In this document: positions 38,640 to 50,070 of the stretch, piece after piece
Numbering within the stretch: the stretch's first letter is position 1
Layout: every line of letters begins with the position of its first letter
Source: Octopus sinensis
Taxonomy: Eukaryota
NCBI RefSeq assembly: GCF_006345805.1
Contig: NC_042999.1
Coordinates: forward strand, 7,254,001 to 7,318,000
Direction: 5' to 3'
DNA: 64,000 nucleotides
Translations under genes and position numbers: made by a program
Notes under the pieces: model-generated
Databases searched by the model: none
What the model was told of the DNA's origin: nothing
The model's input: the letters and a program-made list of their open reading frames with translations, nothing else

Positions 38640-39343
38640 CATTCACACATATCATCACATACACATATATATAAAAAAACAGTCTTTCAAAAAAGTAAAT
38701 AAATATTAATATATATATATATTTATATATGAGTGTGTACACGCAGACGGGTGCAAACACACGCAGATTCAAAACATTCATGTATACAAGTGCATAAATA
38801 ATCCCACTCAATTACATAGCACTCATACACTCCCGCATCTACACTTGCACTTGTACACACGCACACATGCATACACACCCATACCTACATATTCACGGAC
38901 AATCTCCTAAATATCTATATAAACGTATATTATAACAGGCAATACCCAAATAAAACTGCCATGTTCAACATACCAAATAAAATACAAAGGGATCGTAAAC
39001 ATTCACACATACATAAAAACTCAATATATACACCACTAAATACACCCAATCATCCATAATAATATATCCTCAAATATACATATAACATATACTTAATAAA
39101 AATACATAATAAAATAAATAAATAAGTAAATAAAATAAAATAAATCTAATATAAATTATTAAAGTTTTAACGTACCATAAACTGTTATATATTAATATAC
39201 ATTAAACATGAACTAATTAAAACAAAGAAATATCATTAAAGACTAACTATATTAAAGCCTATACTACATAACTAAAGATATATAATACTCTAAACTAAAT
39301 TTAATATTAAACTAAAGTAACCTTTAATAGGGAACTATTATTG

Positions 39344-41104
39344 TTATTTATCATGAAACTTATTATATAGGTAAAGTAACCTATGTCTGCATTTTATTTT
39401 GCGCTCTTCACCTGTATTAAGTAAATTATCATACTTATAAAATAAAATTTCTTTAAACTCATTAGAGCATAAATAACAACAATTCGCTCCTATAGTATAT
39501 GATTTAGTTTTACAACTTATTTCCCAAATTAAACTATAATTAATATTTTGTGATTTAAGTCTCCAAATGTACTTACAAAGTCCAGTTGAGCTGATTAAGT
39601 TTTTATTTTTAAAAGAATTCATATGTTGTGCGATTCTTAATTTTATTTTTGAGGAAGTAGACCCTATATAAACCGCTTTTGGGTAATTATTATTCTTAAA
39701 GTTATTATCATGTAATGTAACTATACATTTATACACTACATCGTTAATATCACAATTATTATTTAATAAACATTTAGATTTATCTCTACAAGTACAATTA
39801 ATATAAGTCATATCATTATTATTATTATTATTATCAAATAATTTATTTTTATAAAAATAATTCAGTTTAAATTTATTAAATGAAGAAATAATGTTACCTA
39901 CATTATTAGTGGTGGAATAACCTACTCCAAAATTATTACTAGAGAAAATGTTTCTATATTTACGATTATCTCTAATAAATAGTTCTATAACATCTAAAAT
40001 CTCTTTGATAATATTCGTTTTTACTTGATCACCATAAGGAACTATTAACCAAATTTTATTCTTATTAACCTTATTATTATTGTCATTATTATAAATATAT
40101 TTACAATTCTTCATCTTATTAAAAGTATTATCAGAAATATGACTATGTACAGCATTTAAGGAATTATTAATATTATTAATTTTATCAATATTATTATTAT
40201 AATTATTATTAAATATATTTTTATTTTTATTATTCTTATTTTTATTATTATTTTTATTCTTATTTTTATTTTTATCATTTTTATTATTATTTTTATAATA
40301 TCTACTATTTTTACCACTAATACTAACAAGATTATAATTATTATTATAAGTATCACGGAAATTATCATTTAAATCTGTATCACTAACATTATAAAATTTA
40401 ATATTCCTATTATAACCTGCCCCTCTAAGGGCCTCATTATAATAAGTAGCATGTTTATTAAAAATCTCTATATCATAAGAGAGCAATGAAATACGTTTAC
40501 TTATATTATTAATCAACGATTTTTTAATAGAAATTGGGTGATTACTATTAGCATTTATATATCTAAGGTTCTCATTAAGTTTATGATATGGTTGTGTTTT
40601 ACCTGTAATTAGATTAAAATTAACATCTAAATAATTAACATTATAATTCTCCTTATATATAGTAATACTTAAACCATATCTTTTAAAGAAACTATATAGT
40701 TTTTTCTGATATCCTTCTAGATTCCTATTAGTACAATTCTTTGTAACTAATAGAAGATCGTCTCTATATAAGCCACCCTCTATCTTAAGATTTTCTAATT
40801 GGAGTTCAGATAAAAGAAAAATACCTACTAAATCAGTAGCTTGTCCAGAATCTGGTGCTCCCATAGGTATATCAAAACAATCTCTAGTATCATTTCTAGC
40901 CCATAATTTATTTTTATATTTAATGAGCGATTTCCTAGCCATTTTAATTACATTAACTTCTTCAAGTGACATACCCACTTTATTCATTGCGAAAATAAGT
41001 GCTTTATTAAACACAATTTCATTAATAGAATAATAATATTTATCTATATCTATTTGAATAAACTTATAACGATTTTTATCTTTAATATTATTAAACCATT
41101 TCAA
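39344..41104 (-). CDS. PLE reverse transcriptase-GIY-YIG endonuclease (Naiad-like), N-terminally truncated
   Basis: IQIDIDKYYYSI (motif A), FDIPMG (motif B), LYRDD (catalytic), YINANSNHP, CTC..KC.L.N.C, VVY...YIGST, CYLC, CRH. The frame stays open upstream to 41188 with no ATG; homology-like sequence ends at ~41140. Confidence 0.95.
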   Translation of the reverse strand: MKWFNNIKDKNRYKFIQIDIDKYYYSINEIVFNKALIFAMNKVGMSLEEVNVIKMARKSLIKYKNKLWARNDTRDCFDIPMGAPDSGQATDLVGIFLLSELQLENLKIEGGLYRDDLLLVTKNCTNRNLEGYQKKLYSFFKRYGLSITIYKENYNVNYLDVNFNLITGKTQPYHKLNENLRYINANSNHPISIKKSLINNISKRISLLSYDIEIFNKHATYYNEALRGAGYNRNIKFYNVSDTDLNDNFRDTYNNNYNLVSISGKNSRYYKNNNKNDKNKNKNKNNNKNKNNKNKNIFNNNYNNNIDKINNINNSLNAVHSHISDNTFNKMKNCKYIYNNDNNNKVNKNKIWLIVPYGDQVKTNIIKEILDVIELFIRDNRKYRNIFSSNNFGVGYSTTNNVGNIISSFNKFKLNYFYKNKLFDNNNNNNDMTYINCTCRDKSKCLLNNNCDINDVVYKCIVTLHDNNFKNNNYPKAVYIGSTSSKIKLRIAQHMNSFKNKNLISSTGLCKYIWRLKSQNINYSLIWEISCKTKSYTIGANCCYLCSNEFKEILFYKYDNLLNTGEERKIKCRHRLLYLYNKFHDK

Positions 41105-42949
41105 TGTATTGTTATTACTAAACCATAATTTTAAATAATTATATCGAGGTTTGTACGTATGTATATGTTTGTGAGAGTGTGTATATGGTTATGTTTGTGG
41201 GTGTGTGTATATATGTGTGTGTATTTGTGTGTGTTGTGTTTTTGGTAAGGGGTTCTATCTTTTATTTGTATGTATGGATTTCATTTATTTTATTTAGAAT
41301 TTTTGATTTTTTGGTTTTTAGTCCCCATGCATTATAGCTTGGTTTGTTGTTCATGGTAGTTTTTGTTGGGTATTATTATTGTTTTGTAGCCATTTATACG
41401 TATATTTGGATGTCTAGGAGAGTGTCCGTGAATATGCATGTGCATGGGTGTGTGTGCAAGTGTGAGCGTGTATAAGTGCATGTGTAGATGTGGGAGTGCA
41501 TGGTGCTATGTAAAAGTGTGTGATTGTGTATGCACTTGTATACATGCATGATTGATGTGTGTGGGATTGCACCCATTTTTTAAGGATGTATGTGTTTATT
41601 TATCTGTATGGGTGTGGGAGTGAATTTTGGTGTATATATTGAGGTTTATATGTATGTATAGGTATGTGTGAGTGGTGTGGGTATTTGTATATGTTGTGTG
41701 TGTGTGGTTTACGTGTGTGTATTTGTGTGTGAATGTATAGGTTAGGGGGATTGCTATAGAGGTATGTTATAGTGTTTAGTAAAGGGAGGTTTTATCATTA
41801 TATGTATTTATGAGTTTTCGTTTATCATGGTAGTTTTATTAAAGAGTTTGTAGTAATTTCTGTATATTTAAGATGCTTGATATTTTATTATATTGTTCCA
41901 TTCATAATTTTTAAGTAATGTTCGTTTACCACGCGAAAAGGATTTTTAATTCCATATATTCCATTCATAATTTTAAATGACGTTCGTTTACATAGCGCGA
42001 AGACTTTTTATACATATGTTAGGTTCCTATGGTAACGTACTTTTGTTTGACGTTATAACGGTTAGAGTTAATTTCACTTCATAAATTGAAACTGATTTGA
42101 AAGTATGTATATATATTTTTTCTCCTTATGTTAATCTTGTTAGTTATGATATTCTGGTTAATTATGGAGTATTTTCTATATCGTATTATGTGTAGTGATG
42201 TTGTTTTTATTTTGAGTGTTTATGTATGTGTGAATGTGTGTGTGTACGTATATTGGTTGTGTAATTTATTTATCTGTATGAGTGTGGGTGTGAACATATT
42301 GTTGTATATATCGAGTTTAGTACGTATGTATATGTATATGTGAGGGGGTATTAGTATATGTTGTGTGTGTGTGTTTTACGTATGTGTATTTGTGTGTGAA
42401 TGTATATATGGAGATTGCTATATAGGTATTATTGTGTATGGTTAAAGGGAGTTTTATCATTATATGTATATATGGGTTTCATTTATCATGATGGTTTATT
42501 AATGTTTTGGAGTAAATTTACGTTGATTATATATTATTCCATTCATAATTTTTAAAAATACGTTCGATCACCACGTGTAAAGAATTGTTTATTTTTCTTT
42601 TGAGTGTTTATGTATGTGTGAATGTGTGTGTGTGTCTGTGTGTGTGATTGTTTGCGTAATTTATTTATCTGTATAGATGTGGGTGTGAATATATTGGAGT
42701 ATATATCGAGTTCTGTATGTATATATATGTATGTGTGAGCGGGTATATGTATATTGTTTATGTATGTGGGTTGTATGTGTGTGTGAGGGAGTATGAATAA
42801 GTAATGTGTTGAAGTATTTGGCTATTTTATTTATTTATCGTTGCCTAGACGTTTTTATGTGTATGTATAGGGATATATATGTAGTTGTGTGAGTTAGTGT
42901 ATGTATTTAGATATGGTTATATATACTTAGTTATAAGTGTATGCGTATA

Positions 42950-43022
42950 CTCTTTTACTCTTTTACTCTTTTACTTGTTTCAGCCATCCGGCTGAGGCCA
43001 TGCTGGGGCACCGCCCTTGTAG
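42950..43022 (-). mobile_element. SINE 3' tail fused to U6 (complete version, retains CCCAGCATGGC)
   Basis: Mirror of 36666-36727 plus 11 nt. Confidence 0.85.
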
Positions 43023-43071
43023 AAAATATGGAACGCTTCACGAATTTGCGTGTCATCCTTGCGCAGGGGCC

Positions 43072-43111
<40 letters not shown>

Positions 43112-43128
43112 ACTGCCGAAGCAAGTAT
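43023..43128 (-). ncRNA. U6: U6 snRNA copy, mirror of 36560-36665
   Basis: Identical by inspection to the left copy. Confidence 0.97.
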
Positions 43129-43315
43129 GTGTGTATATATAGTTTATTTTTATTTTGTTTTATATTTAATTGTTGATAGGGTTTATTTTAGATTATATAT
43201 TGATTATATATGGATTATATATAGGTTATATATAGATTATATATTTATATTTTTTTATTATTTTAAAATTATTTAAAACTTATATTTTAATATATTGATA
43301 TTTTAGATCGGAAAT

Positions 43316-43359
43316 CCACCTGAAGATTGTCATTAGAAGACATGAAACATTTGTAGTGG
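43316..43359 (+). ncRNA. Minimal type I hammerhead (mirror copy; stem III ACATTTGT, palindrome broken by one change)
   Basis: CCAC-CTGAAGA-T-TGTC-attagaa-GACA-T-GAAA-CATTTG-TA-GTGG. Confidence 0.8.
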
Positions 43360-43444
43360 CGGTTTTTTTACTTTTTATTAAAATTTTATGTATTGATTAA
43401 GTCTTTCCTTGTTTCTTTTGCAAAATAGTGGTTTTGTTTCTTAA

Positions 43445-43510
<66 letters not shown>

Positions 43511-43515
<5 letters not shown>

Positions 43516-43800
43516 CAATTATTTATATTGCCCTCGATATTAATAGCAATAATAATATCTATATAAATAATTGTGTCTTACTCATTATCTTTTATTTTAA
43601 TACTTTTGATATATATTTAAAATAATATAAATTAATTAATTTTATGTATTGGCTTAAGTTTTTCATTGTTTGATTTGCCTAATAGTGGTTTTATCTCTAA
43701 TTTAATATAATATAATATTTTACTATAAAATTGGATTTAATCCTAAATCTGATTTTTCCCTGTAAGTTTGGATTTATTACCTAATATTTTATTATTAATT
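43511..43800. mobile_element. ~290-bp fusion of PLE terminal modules B and A in opposite orientations, between (TA)n tracts
   Basis: 43511-43572 matches 33249-33312; 43640-43800 is the reverse complement of 32143-32295. Confidence 0.8.
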
Positions 43801-43822
43801 ATATATATATATATATATATAT

Positions 43823-43939
43823 AGATCACGTGATCACGTGACCGACCAGACCATCAGATGTTGTTACACATCGCTGGTCACAATGCATTCGCATTGTTTT
43901 AACCTTCGAATGACGCCATCCCGCTGGCTAAGCGAGCAG

Positions 43940-43942
<3 letters not shown>
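43823..43942. repeat. Short unclassified GC-richer insert embedded in (TA)n
   Basis: Sharp (TA)n boundaries on both sides; begins GATCACGTGATCACGTGAC. Confidence 0.5.
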
Positions 43943-43993
<51 letters not shown>

Positions 43994-44339
43994 CACACAC
44001 ACCAACATGCATATGCGTATTTATCTTTTATCAATCTATCTACTAACATAAAACATATGTATGAAAGAAACGGAGCTACGTTTTCTCCGAGGAATGGTTA
44101 ACAACCCGTGAAACGGTCCGTCAGGAGATGACCAATTTTCTCGTGCATGGATAAACATAGAAGGAATGTGCTTTCATTTGTATTTATTTCTTGATACCAA
44201 CTAATGGCCTTTTAATATTTCAAATTCTTTCAGTACTTCTGAGTCACTCTACGTTGTTCACAAAATATATAGTGAAACGCTATTTATTTAACGACAAACC
44301 ATCAAAAGCGCAAACAGGAAAATGAAGCTATGTGCTAAT

Positions 44340-44640
44340 GTGCTCCACAAATTGATAAGTCCTTCATAACGAAGCTGAAAGCAGTATGCTCTTGATTAGT
44401 GAAAGAGCCAGGAATGTCTTGTGGGAAGAGTGGCCAATGAACCTTGCAACGATCCATCAGGAGACTCTTTTTTCCCTGACTTCTATAGAGAAGGAGCATC
44501 GTTGCACTAACAAAAAGATTCAGTGAATACTTCACTATTTGAATAGTGATTGTGGTGCTATGTGTCGCTGGATATGTAAATGGTTGGACAGACGGCAGTG
44601 CTAGTCGACAAAAGTTCCAGTAGGAGAATGGGGCTCGTGG
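44340..44640 (-). pseudogene. Possible degraded non-LTR ORF2 fragment
   Basis: FTESFC.CNDAPSL.KSGKKESPDG weakly resembles the KSPGPDG region; many stops. Confidence 0.3.
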
Positions 44641-45189
44641 GGTCGGAGCGTAACCCATCTCTCTGCTTCATTTCATGTTTGTATTTTGTCCATGTTGTAT
44701 CTCATTCGATTTCATTCGATTTCATTATATTTTGTAAAATTTTCAGTCATATAATCATTGTGTGTCTGACCCCAATCAGGCTGTACTGTCCCCCTCTGTG
44801 TTTGGGCCCTTGTGGCTAATAAAGAAATGGGATGTGTAAATGGTTGCCAATGTGAAGAATGGCTTTTGTGGGTTGAGGTCGATAATATTTGAGTATTTAG
44901 CCACTGAGTCATTTCATGTGTGTGAACCCGTACTCAGTTGTGAATTTGGCTTATTTAACATATAGCTGAAATATGTTCTGGACCCAGATGGGGAACATAA
45001 ACTTAACTGAGCGATATCGGCTTGTAGAAAACAGACAACGGATTCGGGACAAACATTCGAAACCTGAGTTGTCTTCTTCATTTCTTTTGTTTTTCGATTC
45101 TGAACTTATCTATCTTTATTTAACCCGTTAAATTTGCCATCATCTTAGGTTAAACAGAAATGAATCTAAATAAGCCCATTCAATTCTAA

Positions 45190-45580
45190 TTTAAGTGACC
45201 ATTAGGTCAGCTTTAACACAGGTGCATATTCGGGAAACCCGTAAAAGGAGAGGAATGTTTGAAAAGTAAAAATTTTGCATTATGTAGCTTGTTATTCTCT
45301 TTAAGTGAACATTTTCCTGGTTGAAATACACCGAAAAATGGCGACGCAGCAGTCGAAAATTCGTAAAAAATAGGGATTTTCATAGAAAAAAAGCACCTTT
45401 TGGTGTTAACATGGTCCGATTTGAATTTTTTCTTCGACGGAAGGAAGAGCAAGCCTTCTTCTATCATACTCTCAATTTTGGTCAACTTGCGCCGCAGAGT
45501 CTCGGAGGAGATAGTATTAGTTGAAGGCTACCAAACCTGCCATACACAGACAACTTCAGCTTTATATATATAGAGAGATT
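45190..45580 (-). mobile_element. Helitron/Helentron-like non-autonomous element
   Basis: Starts TCTCTATATATATAAAGCTGAAGTTGTCTGTG, similar in style to the 5' end of 24741-25132. Confidence 0.4.
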
Positions 45581-45755
45581 ATAATGTTATAGAAAGAAAT
45601 CTTATTTAATATCATATGCAGCTTATATGAAATTTATTTCTAAAACTCGATTAACACTGAATAAATTTCCCTCTTACATACAAACATGCATAAATGAATT
45701 CACCTCTCCATGTATTGATTCTTTTCAGAGTGCAACACAGTTAATAACATAATTT

Positions 45756-45836
45756 GGTTTATGACATCAGTTGGTTTATGACATCAGTTGGTTTATGACA
45801 TCAGTTGGTTTATGACATCAGTTGGTTTATGACATT
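45756..45836. repeat. 17-bp tandem repeat GGTTTATGACATCAGTT x4 plus a partial unit
   Basis: Directly visible. Confidence 0.95.
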
Positions 45837-46739
45837 ATTTGGTTTAAACTATAGATAAAAATAAAAAGCGGATTTAAACAGTTAAAAGAAAATCATCACC
45901 ATAACATTATAACATAACTATAGACGTAATACTAATGATATTATATCACGTTTATATTCATCATTAGTTTAACAGTGTATTTTACCACGGCCAGCATGGA
46001 ATCAACGGGTCTGGTGTTAGGAACATAAGAAGGGAGATATTGAAAGAAAAATATATTAAATTCACCTAAGTGTTTCGAATTTTATGTGAAAGCATGTTTT
46101 TAATATTGACGAAAATTTGAACATATCTATGGAGAGATGTTATTCCGGAAGAAAATGTTAAACCATTGGCTAACAGTAGGTAATTTAAATCAATGCACGT
46201 TAGTTTTTGGTAATCCACTATAACTTTGGAAGTCATATTAATGATATAAACAGTTTATAACGATTAATTCTAGATTAATATTGCTATCGCTTTTATTCGA
46301 CGAGAGTTTAAAATCTTCTCTAATTTATAAAAGCAGTATGTAGGTGTTTTATCGAAATTCCAAATATATATTGAAAGTCAAGGAGAAATTATAAAGTCTC
46401 ATAAGCGCAAAGAGTTAATACATCAAATTCTGCTCTGGTGTGGTCTGCTAGCTGTGTGTGTAATGAGCCTGTTACTTCTGTTTGACGGAAAATGGTTTTG
46501 ATATGAAGAGATGACTCCCATGGTTCTCTCCACTCAGTGTCTCTTACGATATACGGATATTGTCTTAGAAACACACAAACCTGGTTCAGTAACAAGATAA
46601 TTTTTCTGCTTTCTGTTACAAACGACACACACACGTATGTATGTAAATGCATGTATATGTATGTGTGTGTGTGCGTGTGTATGTATGTGTGTGTGTATGT
46701 GTGTGTTTGTATTGTTATAGAAACAGACTTAGCAAGGTA

Positions 46740-46950
46740 TTGAATATCTGATTCTTTATTACCAACAAGGGGCTAAACATAGAGGGGACAAACAAAGACA
46801 GACAAACGGATTAAGTCGATTATATCGACCCTGAAAGGATAAAAGGCAAAGTCGACCTCGGCGGAATTTGAACTCAGAACGTAACAGCAGACGAAATACC
46901 GCTAAGCATTTCGCCGGACGTGCTAACAATTCTGCCTGCTCGCCGCCTTA
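46740..46950 (-). mobile_element. SINE family B (another diverged copy at 48110-48300)
   Basis: Family motifs. Confidence 0.8.
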
Positions 46951-48910
46951 AGGTATTGAACATCTTATGGCATTGTAACATTTTTTCTATGATTCATTTA
47001 TAACCCTCTCGCAGCAGTCGCCCTTTAACTGTCTTGAAATTCTTCATTAACATTAACCCAACTACCCTCATCTTAACTTATATTCCTTTTGATACTATTT
47101 CCGTTCACTAATCTCCATTTATTTTGCTGCAGTGTATCTTCTCTGTCGCCACTTTCAATTTCAATAGAAACTTTCCAAATATCCGTGATTTTCTTAATTT
47201 CATCTTTCTGAAACATCGTAAACATGTAATTTATTCTTGTACACGAAACCAACTGTAATTTATTCTTAAACAGAGACTCTTGTCTTAATGCACCGCACTT
47301 ATCAATAGAGGCTCCTGCTCTGTTGTCTCTTCATCAGAGTTCATTAGCTGTTAGATTTCAAACCAGCAACATGGTGAAACAACATTCTAACTTAGAAAAT
47401 TACTATTTGTAAATCTCACAACGAGAGATATTCAGCAACAGCACTTTGGAGTAAAGATTGTTTGCTAACATACCATCGCAGTCATGGTTTAGAAATTTAG
47501 CCCCAGGAAACATCGTCTTCAGCTGGCTATACGACACGATCTTTGTCCATATATTTGCGAACAAGGGATGCTAGATAATCTTGACTCCAACATTCTGACT
47601 ACTCGAAAGAAGATTTATACTCTCGTACAGATTACATATATACGACCTTTTATTTTTCCAGTTATTTTCACAAACCTTTCACCTTCTATAAATTTGAGTT
47701 ACCTCAGCGTTTTCCGACGTTATCTAACCTTTCCCTATGGCGTATGGATTAATGAATTCGTCACCATTCTTCGTAACTAGAAACACTCTTAAAACGATGA
47801 TACTATGCTTCAACCATTTCGAGTCATACAGTTAGCTTTTCGACATATTTGATTCCATAAACCCTTTGACAGATTTAAACTAAGACCTTGAAAATAAACT
47901 GCTATCGTCTTCAAAGGAAAAGCTTGGCACCAAAAGCTTACTTCAAAAGAAAAGAAACTTAAACATGTTCGTTTAGTTTTATATTGATTTCACATTGTCT
48001 GATATTCTCGACATGAAAATATTTGCCATGTGATGATCTGTTGATCTCGACAAAGCTGGAATGAGATCAAAATATATAGCTGCTTTCATATTGGCTTCAA
48101 AATTTGACAGAAGGCCTGGAACTCTGGGGCAGGGGGTAAACCGATTACACCGACCCCAGTGTTCTATTGGTACCTACTTTATCGACCCGAAAGGGATGAC
48201 AGGTAAACTCAACCTCGGAGGAATTTGAACTCAGAACGTGAAATGGGATGAAATGACATTAAGCACTTTATTCGACCTATATACTGCTTTCCTATTAAAA
48301 TAGATGCCTCTGATATACAAATATACACATCAGACCACATCTGAAAGACGCCGATTCTACTAAGTAAGGACGATTGATTCCTAAATATACTACACACACA
48401 CATTTCTATGTATGTATAACTTTCTTTCTTAAACCAGTTCTGAAAGAAGTTTCTTATTCATTCTTTGTATTAACAAACAGTGATGCACCAGAAATTCTGA
48501 GCCACTTACTGAATTTCAACTTAATGCTGTCACCATCAAATACCCGCCACCTCAAATACCCTGCCTTGGAAATGTGTAGTCTCTCTGGATCAAAACTAAG
48601 ATTTGAGAGGACACTTGAGCTGCCATCAATCAAGATTAAATAAATGTTATTTTTAAAGATATCGATCTTGACAAACTGGAAGGGTATTCAAGGTGGATGA
48701 ACGCTGTCTATCTCCTCCGATTACATAACGAATACACACATTTGTATAAGTAAATACTCTGCTTATTGAATATTACATGTTTTTGTGTGTGTGTGTGTAT
48801 AGTTATTTATACAAAACAAACAAACGGATAAATGATACATGTATATAACACACATAAATACATACGAACACACAAACATATGTCTATGTATGTATATATA
48901 TAGGTATGGA

Positions 48911-48947
<37 letters not shown>

Positions 48948-49159
48948 GTACGTATATTGTTGTATGTATAAGAAAAAATAAACGTTGATAAATCATTTAT
49001 TGACATCGTTTTGGTTCCAGCAATAATTGTCAAAAATGTGAGTTATGTTTATAAAGATTTTGTCTGAGTTCTTAAAAAGAAAACAAAATAAGAACACTCC
49101 TGTTTACTGGTTTAATGGTTTAATGTAATTAACAGTTACTAGCAGCATAGCAACAAAAT

Positions 49160-49225
<66 letters not shown>

Positions 49226-49556
49226 TTTTTTTTTACTAGTCAGTACCAGTTTGTCGATTTGTTTCTGTCTGTCACACAATTATTCTGTCTGGATTCATTC
49301 AACTCTGAACTAAAATTAAAATATATACATATATATTACTTGTTCAATTTCTTAAATCTCTGAAGTTAATATCCGAAGATGTCTTGTTGACTATTTGGTA
49401 TGTACCAATCTTCATTAATTCATTATTTGTGCCTTGTTTGTCGAGGACTCGACCCCTTTCAGATTTCGATAACTACGTAAGTCACAATTTCATTGACATA
49501 AAATGTTCTACAAATTTAAAATAATTACAGAAACCTATTATTATTTGTAACCTAAT

Positions 49557-50070
49557 GGCGCAGGAGTGGCTGTGTGGTTAGTAGCTTGCTTACCAACCAC
49601 ATGGCTCCGCGTTCAGTCCCACTGCGTGGCAACCTTGGGCAAGTGTCTTCCGCTATAGCCACGGGCCAACGGAAGCCTTGTATTATTTGTAAACATAGGC
49701 GCAGGAGTGGCTGTGTGGTTAGTAGCTTGCTTACCAACCACATGGCTCCGCGTTCTGTCCCACTGCGTGGCAACCTTGGGCAAGTATATTCCGCTATAGC
49801 CACGGGCCAACGGAAGCCTTGTGAGTGGATTTGGTAGACGGGAACTGAAAGAAGCCTGTCGTATATATGTCTATATATATGTATGTGCGTGTATATGTTT
49901 GTGTGTCTGTGTTTTTACGTCCCCGTAACTTAGTCGTTTGTCAAAGTAGACCGATAGAATAAGTACTAGGCTTACAACGAATAAGTTCTGGGGTCGACTT
50001 GCTCAATTAAAGGCGGTGCTCCAGCATGACCGCTGTCAAATGGCCGAAACAAGTAAAAGAGTAAATGAGT
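49557..50070 (+). mobile_element. SINE family A with 141-bp tandem duplication of the 5' half
   Basis: Heads at 49557 and 49698 share private variants. Confidence 0.9.

Larger units (their letters stand above)
36146..43445 (-). mobile_element. Naiad-type PLE, 5'-truncated, with a ~3.2-kb 3' region and a ~2.3-kb inverted 5' copy, inserted in (TA)n
   Basis: RT/GIY-YIG ORF, hammerhead near the 3' end, inverted terminal duplication, (TA)n on both flanks. Confidence 0.9.
41141..43445. repeat. Right arm of the long inverted repeat
   Basis: Reverse complement of 36243-38536; begins at the ORF truncation point. Confidence 0.97.

Noticed and set aside
39344-41104. Selenocysteine recoding as reported for some Naiad PLEs
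   Set aside because: No in-frame TGA; the conserved positions are ordinary Cys and the ORF ends in TAA.
45756-45836. CRISPR-like reading of this and other short tandem repeats (5640-5785, 31151-31254)
   Set aside because: Units are directly adjacent without unique spacers, the context is eukaryotic, and no cas genes are present.
47474-47570. Minus-strand exon with SET-like AKFLNHDC
   Set aside because: Poor acceptor and no other SET motifs nearby; likely chance.
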